From: an uncultured Gemmatimonadales bacterium
GTDB taxonomy: Bacteria; Gemmatimonadota; Gemmatimonadetes; Gemmatimonadales; GWC2-71-9
Assembly: GCA_963795085.1 (NCBI GenBank)
Contig: CAWCFX010000006.1
Coordinates: 128,001 to 192,000, forward strand
Length of the DNA: 64,000 bases
Direction: 5' to 3'
Shown: one piece after another, positions 9,541 to 17,763 of the stretch
How the letters are laid out: each line of letters starts with the position of its first letter
How positions within the stretch are numbered: position 1 is the first letter of the stretch
The notes under the pieces: generated by a model
The model's input: the letters and a program-made list of their open reading frames with translations, nothing else
Database searches by the model: none
Told to the model about the DNA's origin: nothing
Translations under genes and position numbers: made by a program

Positions 9541-10302
9541 CTAATCTTTCCCATCCTCCAGCAGTTCGGCATCGTGAATGGTTTCACCGCCCTTGCCGAG
9601 CTGCCGGGCCTTTTCGCCGCTGCCGGGCTTGAGGACGCCCATCTTCATTTTCAGTTCGATGAGTTGCTGGTCCGAGCTGCCCTTGTACTCCAGCGACTCG
9701 AACTGGCGGGCCAGGGCGTCGCCGGAGAACTCCTCCTGGAGTTCCGCGGCCGCGATGGCCTTGCGTTCGTTGGCTTCGATCTTCTCCGCCATGCGCTCGA
9801 ACCCTTCGAAGGCGCTCTTGTCGGAGAGCCCCGACATGGTCTCCTGGATGCGCTGCTGGGCTTCCGCCCGGCGGGCCCGGGCGACCAGGATGTTCTTCTT
9901 GCGCTTGGCCTCTTCAATCTTGTCGTTCAGCTGGCGAAGACTGTTCTTGAGGTTCTCGGTCTCCGCCTTGTGCTTGAGCCAGGTCTCATGCAGCGTCTGG
10001 GCGCCCTGCAGTGACTCGTTGTAGCGGACCAGCGCCTGCTTGGCCAGGTCGTCCCGGCCCTCCTGGACGGCAAGCATGGCGCGGCGCTCCCAGTCTTCCG
10101 CCTGTTTCTTGAGCTGCTCGGCGTCAGCCTGGAGCTTTTTCTCGTCGGCGATGGAGGAGGCAACCTGCTGCTTCGCCTTGGCCAGCTGGCCTTTCATATC
10201 GATGATCAGCTGGTTCAGCATCTTCTCGGGATTTTCCGCCCGGGAGATCAGGTCGTTGATGTTCGACCGGAGCATCGTGGACAAACGGTCAAAAATCCCC
10301 AT
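9541..10302 (-). CDS. pspA: Phage shock protein A (PspA/IM30, ESCRT-III-like)
   Basis: MGIFDRLSTMLRSNINDLISRAENPEKML, GRDDLAKQAL and FERMAEKI; coiled coil. Confidence 0.96.
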   Translation of the reverse strand: MGIFDRLSTMLRSNINDLISRAENPEKMLNQLIIDMKGQLAKAKQQVASSIADEKKLQADAEQLKKQAEDWERRAMLAVQEGRDDLAKQALVRYNESLQGAQTLHETWLKHKAETENLKNSLRQLNDKIEEAKRKKNILVARARRAEAQQRIQETMSGLSDKSAFEGFERMAEKIEANERKAIAAAELQEEFSGDALARQFESLEYKGSSDQQLIELKMKMGVLKPGSGEKARQLGKGGETIHDAELLEDGKD

Positions 10303-10304
10303 TG

Positions 10305-10700
10305 CTACTTCTCCCGGTAGGGCGCGAGGGCGCCGAGATGTGAGGCAAGCGCCAGGGTGAGGGAATCGAAGCTGGCTTCAAACTCGCTGTAGTCCAGATC
10401 TTCCAGTTCCAGGGTGTCGGTCAGGACGACATGGTCGCCTTCCAGTCCGTACGACCCGTGGACCAGGTCGCGGGCATTCAGTTCGAGCAGCTGGCGGAAC
10501 AGTTCCCCGCGGCGCGGCTCGGCCGCCGGGAGCTCCATGACGCGCACCCGCAGGATGACCACGGGAGGGGCGCAATGCACCACCACCTCGGCGTCGTGGG
10601 GCGTACGGGCAATCCAGAGGCCGGGTTCCACCTCGGTGGATTCGACCGTCCCGCTGTCAAGCCGGCCCAGGAAGGACTCAATGTCATCTCGGGTCACCAT
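10305..10700 (-). CDS. CesT/YbjN-like chaperone-fold protein
   Basis: Small acidic protein with ELFRQLLELNA..LVHGSYGL and ELEDLDYSEF; GGGGAA RBS; directly upstream of pspA. Confidence 0.8.
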   Translation of the reverse strand: MVTRDDIESFLGRLDSGTVESTEVEPGLWIARTPHDAEVVVHCAPPVVILRVRVMELPAAEPRRGELFRQLLELNARDLVHGSYGLEGDHVVLTDTLELEDLDYSEFEASFDSLTLALASHLGALAPYREK

Positions 10701-10904
10701 GTCATGTTCCCCTTTTCCAGGCCTCACGGCCCCCTGATCTGTCCCGTGGATGCTGCAATGTAATTCGTCCCGCCGGGCGCGCGCAGCGGCGGATCAGCCT
10801 CCCTCGAGTGAGGGCCGGATATCCTCCCTCGGCCCCGCCAGCACCCGCTCGGCGGCGTCCACCCGTTCTTCCAGTTCCTTGACCCGTTGCTGGTCCGCCT
10901 CCCC

Positions 10905-11246
10905 CTACCCGGGCAGACGCTCGGTATTCTGCCGGCTCAGCAGCCGCTCGGTAAAATCCACCCGCTCCTCCAACTCCACGAGGCGGTCCTGCAACCCCTC
11001 GAGGTATGCCACTCGCTCCTCGACTTCGGCGACCCGATCGGGGTCCCGTGCGTGCTCCCTGGCGAGGCGGCGGAGGCCGCGTTCTCGGCGGACGCCGAGG
11101 AGGAGAACCGACCCGGCGGTAATCATCGGGTACAGCGCCGCCGGCCCGTCCGTGACTCCGACGAATCCAAGCACGCAGCCGGTTACGACCAGGTGAATGA
11201 CCAGGTCCACCGGATCGAAACCCATCAGCCGCTTAAAGGCCGTCAA
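10905..11246 (-). CDS. PspB-like small membrane protein, class A (2 TM + coiled coil), array member 10
   Basis: LMGFDPVDLVIH N-terminus; ELEERVDFTERLL motif; TTGA overlap. Confidence 0.85.
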   Translation of the reverse strand: MTAFKRLMGFDPVDLVIHLVVTGCVLGFVGVTDGPAALYPMITAGSVLLLGVRRERGLRRLAREHARDPDRVAEVEERVAYLEGLQDRLVELEERVDFTERLLSRQNTERLPG

Positions 11247-11527
11247 TGTGCGTCTCTCTGAACCATGGGAACGGACTTCTCCCGGGCCAACAGCCGCTCG
11301 GCAAAGTCCAGTCGCTCTTCTACCTCCTCCAGGCGGGCCTCCGCCTGCTCCGCTCCCAGCAGCCGCCGTTCGAGATCCTCCACCCGCTGGACCAGGTCGG
11401 GATCGGCCCGGCCGGTGCCTTCGAGCCGGCGGCCCAGGGCCCGTCCGATCGGCCCCCGGAGGACCAGGACGACCGAACCCGCCACGATGAGCATCGCGAG
11501 GAGCGGACCAGCGACTTCAGGATTCAC
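11243..11527 (-). CDS. PspB-like small membrane protein, class B (1 TM + coiled coil), member 9
   Basis: TM, GPIGRALGRRLEG, EVEERLDFAERLL. Confidence 0.85.
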   Translation of the reverse strand: MNPEVAGPLLAMLIVAGSVVLVLRGPIGRALGRRLEGTGRADPDLVQRVEDLERRLLGAEQAEARLEEVEERLDFAERLLAREKSVPMVQRDAH

Positions 11528-11811
11528 CGGCTGGCTCCCTGGTCAAGTCCGCCCGCATCGTCCCTGCCCTGGACCAGCAGCCGTTCCGAGAAATCCATGC
11601 GTTCCTCCACCTCGTTCACCCGCGCGTGCAACTGCTCCAACTCGGCGATGCGACTCCGCAGGTCTTCCAGTTCCCGAATGGTGTCGGGGGTGACGGTCTT
11701 TCCCTCCAACCGGCGTTGAAATACCCGAACCCCCACAAAACCGGCATAGAAGAGGAGGGGAAATCCCATCATCATGATGACCGCTATCGCGACCTTGAGG
11801 AGGTCATCCAT
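11524..11811 (-). CDS. PspB-like small membrane protein, divergent class B, member 8
   Basis: TM, FQRRLEG, EVEERMDFSERLL. Confidence 0.85.
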   Translation of the reverse strand: MDDLLKVAIAVIMMMGFPLLFYAGFVGVRVFQRRLEGKTVTPDTIRELEDLRSRIAELEQLHARVNEVEERMDFSERLLVQGRDDAGGLDQGASR

Positions 11812-12095
11812 CAGCGCAGTTGCTCCGGTTCCCGCTGGGCCAGCATCCGCTCAGTGAAGTCGAGCCGCTCCTCCAGTTCGGCCAGCCGGGCCGCCGGAAC
11901 CCCCTCGGCCGGGGTGCGCTGGAGCAGCGCCTCCAGCTCGGCCACCCGGTTCTCCAGGTCCACCATCCGCCGGGGTGCGCCGCCCGCTTTCGATTCGATC
12001 CAGCGGCCAACCGCCCTGGCAATGGGCCCGAAGAAGATGCCCACCATCGTGAGGCCGATAGCGCCGTACATGGCAAATTCACCGAGCTCGCTCAT
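11811..12095 (-). CDS. PspB-like small membrane protein, class B, member 7
   Basis: TM, GPIARAVGRWIES, ELEERLDFTERML. Confidence 0.85.
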   Translation of the reverse strand: MSELGEFAMYGAIGLTMVGIFFGPIARAVGRWIESKAGGAPRRMVDLENRVAELEALLQRTPAEGVPAARLAELEERLDFTERMLAQREPEQLR

Positions 12096-12445
12096 CGGGG
12101 CTCCTCGATTCGGTCGGGGCGCCCCTGGGCCAGCAGGCGCTCGGCGAAATCCACCCGTTCTTCCAGTTCATAGATGCGCTGCTGAGCCGCTTCCAGGTCG
12201 GCAACCCGGTGCTCCAGGTCCAGGTTGTACTCCCCGGATGGCGCGGCCGGCGATCCCAGTGCTCCCCGCTTCCGGGCCCAGTGCCGGCGCCATGCCAGGA
12301 CCCCCAGGGACCCCGCGAACACGGCCCCGATCATCATGTCTTCGTGTTGCCGATTGATACTGGAGAGGACCACGGCAATGCACATGGTGATCCCGGCCTG
12401 AATCAGGAAATCCACTCCGTCAATGCCCAGCCAACGTTGGATCAT
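12092..12445 (-). CDS. PspB-like small membrane protein, class A, member 6
   Basis: ATG at 12445 (ATGA overlap): MIQRWLGIDGVDFLIQ, 2 TM, ELEERVDFAERLL. Confidence 0.85.
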   Translation of the reverse strand: MIQRWLGIDGVDFLIQAGITMCIAVVLSSINRQHEDMMIGAVFAGSLGVLAWRRHWARKRGALGSPAAPSGEYNLDLEHRVADLEAAQQRIYELEERVDFAERLLAQGRPDRIEEPR

Positions 12446-12762
12446 CGCGGCGCCCTCGTGGCTTCGTCCCGGGCCAGCACCCGCTCCGTGAAATCCAGGC
12501 GCTCCTCGAGTTCGACGATGCGACCCTGCCGGTCCTCGAGCCTGCTGACACGGTCGTGAAGGACCGTCTGCTCCATCCCGGAGGACGGTCTTCCCCTCGA
12601 TCTGATGCGGCGGGCAAAGGCCCGCCCCACCGGCCAGCACAGCACCAGCACTCCGGCCATGACGGACAGCACTATCAGCGCCGCCACTGCGGGCGGCAGG
12701 TGGGGGCCGGGAAAGAGCCAGATCACCGGATCCGGCGGTACGGGCGCCTGGAGAGTGATCAT
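12442..12762 (-). CDS. PspB-like small membrane protein, class B with Pro-rich N-terminus, member 5
   Basis: TM, WPVGRAFARRIRS, ELEERLDFTERVL. Confidence 0.85.
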   Translation of the reverse strand: MITLQAPVPPDPVIWLFPGPHLPPAVAALIVLSVMAGVLVLCWPVGRAFARRIRSRGRPSSGMEQTVLHDRVSRLEDRQGRIVELEERLDFTERVLARDEATRAPR

Positions 12763-13115
12763 CTTCCCTCCTCTAACTTCTCCGCCTCGCGAACCCGGGT
12801 GAGCAGGCGCTCGGCAAAGTCCAGCCGCTCCTCGAGCTCCAGGATCCGCTGCTGTCCTGCCTCCAGCTCCGCGATCCGGTCGTCAAGTTCCTCGACGCGT
12901 TCGGCGGGGAGGGCGACGGTCTCCTCCGCGGCCAGGGCCCGGGTACGCCGCCAGGCCAGGAGCGCCAGCGAGGAGGCGAACACGCCGGACATCAGCATGT
13001 CTTCAACCCGTCCCTCGCTGGCCTCGGAGAGCAGGGCGGCGACCCCCAGGGTCACCAGCACATGCACGGCAACGTCAAAGAGATCCATCCCGAACAGTTT
13101 CCAGCGGGTCTTCAC
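12759..13115 (-). CDS. PspB-like small membrane protein, class A, member 4
   Basis: LFGMDLFDVAVH, 2 TM, ELEERLDFAERLL. Confidence 0.85.
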   Translation of the reverse strand: MKTRWKLFGMDLFDVAVHVLVTLGVAALLSEASEGRVEDMLMSGVFASSLALLAWRRTRALAAEETVALPAERVEELDDRIAELEAGQQRILELEERLDFAERLLTRVREAEKLEEGR

Positions 13116-13480
13116 GGGCCGATCTCCCGGGGTTCCGCCTTGCGGGCCAGTAGCCGCTCGGCAAAGTCCATTCGTTCTTCCAATTCATTCATTCGGCCCT
13201 GGTGTGCCTCGAGGTCAGCCACCCGGGTTCGCAGGTGGTCGAGTTCCTCCAGTACCGCCGGGTCCTGCCCTCTGCCCTCGATGCGCCGGGCGATCGCCCG
13301 AACCAGGGGCCAGAGAATTACCACCGCGCCGGCGACGACACCCAGAACAATGAGCACGAAGACGGGCGCCGGCAGCACTTCCCATGGCGCGGGTGTTCCA
13401 TGGGGGAAGGGAGGAAACTGCTGGACCAGGACCTGGTCCGGCGACGGGGGCGCGGGAGGCGCCACTTGCAGGAGGGTCAT
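13112..13480 (-). CDS. PspB-like small membrane protein, class B with Pro-rich N-terminus, member 3
   Basis: TM, WPLVRAIARRIEG, ELEERMDFAERLL. Confidence 0.85.
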   Translation of the reverse strand: MTLLQVAPPAPPSPDQVLVQQFPPFPHGTPAPWEVLPAPVFVLIVLGVVAGAVVILWPLVRAIARRIEGRGQDPAVLEELDHLRTRVADLEAHQGRMNELEERMDFAERLLARKAEPREIGP

Positions 13481-13728
13481 GATCCCTTTCCGATCTCGCC
13501 CGGCTCGCGGCCCTGGGCCAGTAGCCGTTCAGCGAAGTCCATTCGTTCGTGCAGGTCGCTCAATTCTCGACGCAATTGGTCCAGTTCTTCGTAGATCACC
13601 GGGTCGGGGACGGGGGCGGCGTGCTTCCCCCGCAAACGGTCGGCGACGGCTCGCCCGACCGGACTGAAGGACAGCGCGGTCAGCGTGCCGCCGCCGAAAA
13701 TGAGCAAGATCGCAAGGATGTCTTCCAT
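13477..13728 (-). CDS. PspB-like small membrane protein, class B, member 2
   Basis: TM, SPVGRAVADRLRG, DLHERMDFAERLL. Confidence 0.85.
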   Translation of the reverse strand: MEDILAILLIFGGGTLTALSFSPVGRAVADRLRGKHAAPVPDPVIYEELDQLRRELSDLHERMDFAERLLAQGREPGEIGKGS

Positions 13729-13732
13729 TCCT

Positions 13733-14020
13733 TTACTCTCCGGAGAGCGGGGTGGCCGGCCGAGGGCGGCTCAGCATCCGCTCGGCAAAATCAAGGCGCT
13801 CCTGGGCTTCTCCCAGCTGGCGCTGCAGCTCATCAACCTGTTCCCGGAGAAAGCCCAGCTCGGCGCGGAAATCCTCCTCGGCCTCGCCGCTGGTGCCCTG
13901 GATCCTGCGGCCCAGCGCGATTCCGACCGGGCTGTGCATGATGCGCACAACGCCGAAGATGATGCCCCCGGTAATCAGGACCCCGGTGATCATCCCGAAG
14001 ATCGGAATCAGTTCTCCCAT
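13733..14020 (-). CDS. PspB-like small membrane protein, class B, member 1
   Basis: ATG at 14020 (MGELIPIFG); TM, SPVGIALGRRIQG, EAQERLDFAERML. Confidence 0.85.
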   Translation of the reverse strand: MGELIPIFGMITGVLITGGIIFGVVRIMHSPVGIALGRRIQGTSGEAEEDFRAELGFLREQVDELQRQLGEAQERLDFAERMLSRPRPATPLSGE

Positions 14021-14065
14021 GTCGGTTCCGTTCAGTGGTGCGGGTGCAGCCCATCCACGAGGGTG

Positions 14066-14092
14066 TACGGGATGGTGTTCCACAATGTTTCA
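14066..14092 (-). promoter_or_regulatory. ECF sigma factor promoter (sigmaW-like)
   Basis: Minus strand TGAAAC-N17-CGTA, ending 45 bp upstream of the first array gene. Confidence 0.65.
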
Positions 14093-14146
14093 AGTCGGAA
14101 CACCTCAAGGGCGGCCACCGATGCCAAGGTGTTGGCCGCCAGCATG

Positions 14147-14365
14147 TTAGGACACGATTTCAACCGACTGGATCGCCGCCAGCGAAACGGCGATCTCAGT
14201 TTCTTCGGCTCCGGCCGGTCGGAGGAATACCTCATGCGCCGCCATCTCGGGGTCAACGCTGGTGGGCACGCCGACGACTTGAAGGTTTCCGGTTGTCCGG
14301 ATGCGCACGGCCTGCTCATGATCGCCGGCGTATCCCAGTAGAGATACGATCTGGTCGTATTCCAT
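14147..14365 (-). CDS. Small hypothetical protein (possible Sm/SH3-like beta fold)
   Basis: 72-aa ORF with GGGGGA RBS; beta-strand pattern ending VSLAAIQSVEIVS. Confidence 0.6.
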   Translation of the reverse strand: MEYDQIVSLLGYAGDHEQAVRIRTTGNLQVVGVPTSVDPEMAAHEVFLRPAGAEETEIAVSLAAIQSVEIVS

Positions 14366-14446
14366 GGAATCCCCCACGGAAAAAGGGTTGCCTGCGCTTT
14401 CGGCAGAGGATGATCCTTTAACATGCGGCAATGACTCCCCGAACGC

Positions 14447-14475
14447 AAAACCGCCCCCGGGGTCTCCGGAGGCGG
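14447..14475 (-). terminator. Intrinsic terminator after the DPP-IV gene
   Basis: GC hairpin CCGCCTCCGG-agacc-CCGGGGGCGG followed by TTTT on the minus strand. Confidence 0.7.
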
Positions 14476-14493
14476 CCTGGGCCGGCCGTGCCG

Positions 14494-16767
14494 TCAGGTG
14501 GCCGGCCGGGGCTTGGGGTTCATGAGGTGGTCGTTCAGATAGTTGGTAATGAGGGTGAACAGGTGCAGCCGGGTATTGCCCCCGAAGATCCCGTGGTTGC
14601 GGTTGGGATACTCCATCAGGGCGAATTGCTTGTTGGCGGTAACCAGCGAGTTCACCAGCGCCTGGCTGTTCTGGAAGTGCACGTTATCATCGCCGGACCC
14701 GTGCACCAGGAGCAGGTCTCCCCGAAGCTGGTTCACGTAGCTCAGGGGCGAACCCTTGTCGTATCCCTCCCGGTTTTCCTGGGGGAGACCGTTATACCGC
14801 TCGGTGTAGATGTTATCGTAGTATTTCCAGTGCGTTACCGGCGCGACGGCCACGGCGGTCCGGTACACTTCGCCGTGCTGGAAGAGCGTGTTCAGGCTCA
14901 TGAATCCGCCATAGCTCCAGCCCCAGATGCCCATCCGGGTGGAATCCACGTAGGGCCACCGCCCGATGGCCCGGGCCGCAGCGGCCTGGTCCCGGGTTTC
15001 GACCACGCCCATCTGGCCGTAGATGATCTTCCGCCAATCCCGACCCCGCGCGCCGGTCCCCCGGTTATCGACGCTGGCCACGAGGTACCCCTGCTGGGTC
15101 AGGAGCAGAAACCAGAGATACTGGCTGCCCCCCCAGGAGTCGAGCACCGTCTGGGACCCCGGTCCCCCGTACACGAAGAAGAGAATGGGATACTTCCGCG
15201 CCGGGTCGAACCCCGGGGGCTTCATGATCCAGCCGTTGAGGGCAACACCGTCCTCCACCGGCACCTGGAAGAACTCCCGCGGTCCCTCCTTGAGCACCGC
15301 GACCCGTGACCGCAGCCGGGCGTTCTCGACCACGGTGCGCGCCACCGCGTGGGTCGGCAACTGGACCAGCGCGGTGACCGGGGGAACCCCCATGCGGGAG
15401 TGGGTGTGGAAGGCCCATTGAAAATTGGGCGCGACGTTGTAGCTGTTGGAGCCAGGCTGATCCGCCGGGGTCAACCGCTCCGGGCGTCCCCGGCCGTCCA
15501 GCCTGGCGCGGAAGAGGTATCGCTGGGCCGGGTTGTCGGGTGAGGCGACAAAGTAGACAAAGCCGCCCTTTTCATCGATGCCTTGCACGCTGATGACATC
15601 GTATGCGCCGGGCGTCACCAGTTTCACGTCACGTCCGTCCCGGGATACCACGTAAACATGGTTCCAGCCATCGCGTTCGCTGACCCAGGTAAACCGCTGG
15701 CCCCCGTCCAGCCATTCCATGTCGTCGACCACTTCGACCCAGGCCTGGTCCTTTTCCGTGAGAATGGTCCGTACCTGCCCGGTGGCGGCGTCCCCCAGCA
15801 TGAGGTCGAGGGTGTTCTGCAGCCGGTTGAGCCGCTGGACATGGACCTCCCGGGAATTGGCGGCCCAGTCCATCCGGGCGGGATAGTTGTTCCGCGGGTC
15901 GCCCGGCAGCGCCAGCCACTGGGTACCGCCTCCCTTGATGCTGACGATTCCGATCCGGGCCGCCGAGTTGCTCTCGCCGGCCTTGGGATACTGGACCGGC
16001 ACCACGTTGGCGTAAAGCGAGTCGGTGTCGTTGATGAGATTGAAATCGCGGACGCTGTCCGCGTTCAGTTGCCAGTAGGCGATAGACTGGCCGTCCGGGC
16101 TCCAGCGCCAGCCATCCTGGAGACCCAGCTCTTCTTCATAGACCCAGTCGAAGGTGCCGTTGATGATGGTCCGCGAGCCGTTATCGGTGAGCTGGGTGAT
16201 CCGGCCGTCGGTCAGGTCCTCGACGTAGAGATTGTTCTCCCGGACATAGGCGACTTTCCGGCCATCCGGGGAAAACTTCGCGAACATCAGCGTGCTGGGG
16301 CGGGCTGCCGGGCCACCAAGCTTCCGAAGCTGCCAGCTGGTGCGGTTGAGGATCCAGTAATCGCCCCGGGTGTTGGTCCGCCACACCGGTCGCGAGTTGG
16401 TGTAGATCAACACCGCACCCAGGTCGGGAGACCAGCGGTAGTTCTCGACCGCCAGGGGTACCGAGTCGCCTCCGGGCTGGAATCGGGCTGCCGGGATCAA
16501 CACCTCGCGGGCGCCCGAGCGGGTCTCATAGCGCACCAGGTCCCGGCCCCGGCCTTCGGCGGGCCGCTCCAGCGTCGTGTAGGCCGCCCCGTCGTTCATC
16601 CACCGAATGGGACCGAACGTTTCGGACTGAAAATCCTGGGAGGCATGGACCCGGTGCAGGGTCAACAGGCTGGAATCCGCAGCCGGCGTCTGGGCATCAG
16701 CGGCGGATCCGGCGAGAACGCCCAGGGCAACGAGCAAGACAGCGCGGGGACGGAAAGACACGGGCAT
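14494..16767 (-). CDS. Dipeptidyl peptidase IV (S9B)
   Basis: Signal peptide, DWVYEEE, GWSYGG nucleophile and HGSGDDNVH. Confidence 0.95.
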   Translation of the reverse strand: MPVSFRPRAVLLVALGVLAGSAADAQTPAADSSLLTLHRVHASQDFQSETFGPIRWMNDGAAYTTLERPAEGRGRDLVRYETRSGAREVLIPAARFQPGGDSVPLAVENYRWSPDLGAVLIYTNSRPVWRTNTRGDYWILNRTSWQLRKLGGPAARPSTLMFAKFSPDGRKVAYVRENNLYVEDLTDGRITQLTDNGSRTIINGTFDWVYEEELGLQDGWRWSPDGQSIAYWQLNADSVRDFNLINDTDSLYANVVPVQYPKAGESNSAARIGIVSIKGGGTQWLALPGDPRNNYPARMDWAANSREVHVQRLNRLQNTLDLMLGDAATGQVRTILTEKDQAWVEVVDDMEWLDGGQRFTWVSERDGWNHVYVVSRDGRDVKLVTPGAYDVISVQGIDEKGGFVYFVASPDNPAQRYLFRARLDGRGRPERLTPADQPGSNSYNVAPNFQWAFHTHSRMGVPPVTALVQLPTHAVARTVVENARLRSRVAVLKEGPREFFQVPVEDGVALNGWIMKPPGFDPARKYPILFFVYGGPGSQTVLDSWGGSQYLWFLLLTQQGYLVASVDNRGTGARGRDWRKIIYGQMGVVETRDQAAAARAIGRWPYVDSTRMGIWGWSYGGFMSLNTLFQHGEVYRTAVAVAPVTHWKYYDNIYTERYNGLPQENREGYDKGSPLSYVNQLRGDLLLVHGSGDDNVHFQNSQALVNSLVTANKQFALMEYPNRNHGIFGGNTRLHLFTLITNYLNDHLMNPKPRPAT

Positions 16768-16926
16768 GACCTGGTTAGGGGATCGAGGGCAAATACGAAC
16801 TGCGCAGAGTGGAAGTTACAGGGAGAACCGCGGGGTCGCCACGGCATCGCTGACTGGGTGTGGGCAAGGTACGTGCATCAATCTTGCCTTCCGCTGCGGT
16901 TCTTTGGCTATGTCTCGGCGCCGCCG

Positions 16927-17763
16927 CTATCCCCCCGTCTCGCGCAGCGCGATTCGCAACCGCCGCTCCTGCCAGAATACAATCAGCCCGAGCAGGAGCA
17001 GGCTCCCGACCAGGATCGTAGTCGCCAGCACGTTGATCTGGGGCGGGAATGCCGCCCGGCGTGCGCCATATACATAGAGAGGATAGGTGACCCGGCTGCC
17101 GGCGTTGAACAGGGTAATGATGAAATCGTCCAGTGACAGCGCGAATGACAGCATCGCCGCCGCGACGATCCCGGGAGCGATCAGGGGCAGGGTGACGCGG
17201 GTCACCACCCGGAACGGCCGGGCCCCCAGGTCCATGGCCGCCTCCTCCAGGGTCCAGTCAAACCCCCGGATCCGGGCCTTGACCGTCAGCGCCACGTAGC
17301 TGATCGAGAACATGACGTGGGCGATGACGATGGTTGCAAAGCCGGTCGCCACGTTGAACTGGAGGAAAAGCGCCAAGAGCGAAGAACCGAGGACGACTTC
17401 CGGCGTGGTCAACGGCAGCACCAGCAGCAGGTTCAGGGGACGGCTGCCCTTGAAACGGTAGCGGCCCATGGCCAGGGCGATGAGCGTCCCGAAGATCGCG
17501 GCGGCCAGGGTGGACACCCCGGCCACCTTCAGGCTCAGCTTCAGGGCCTCTACCAGCGCGGGGTAGCGAAACGGGTCAGCCCAGGCGTCCAGCGAAAAGG
17601 CCTTCCACACGAAGTTGAACTTCCCCGCCGGTTCGTTGAAGCTGTACAGGACGATGACAAAAATGGGGATGAAGAGATAGAGCAGCACCAGGCCGGCCAC
17701 GAGATCGAGGACCCGGGCCGACCATCGTGCACCGACCATTCCCTCCCCCTTGCCCCCGGTCAT
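16927..17763 (-). CDS. potC: Spermidine/putrescine ABC transporter permease
   Basis: LEEAAMDLGA (EAA motif) and SFALSLDDFII. Confidence 0.88.
   Translation of the reverse strand: MTGGKGEGMVGARWSARVLDLVAGLVLLYLFIPIFVIVLYSFNEPAGKFNFVWKAFSLDAWADPFRYPALVEALKLSLKVAGVSTLAAAIFGTLIALAMGRYRFKGSRPLNLLLVLPLTTPEVVLGSSLLALFLQFNVATGFATIVIAHVMFSISYVALTVKARIRGFDWTLEEAAMDLGARPFRVVTRVTLPLIAPGIVAAAMLSFALSLDDFIITLFNAGSRVTYPLYVYGARRAAFPPQINVLATTILVGSLLLLGLIVFWQERRLRIALRETGG

Noticed and set aside
10794..14020. Non-coding DNA repeat array or diversity-generating retroelement in the ~300-bp periodic region
   Set aside because: Similarity is confined to the encoded protein motif with synonymous variation, and no reverse transcriptase or recombinase is nearby.
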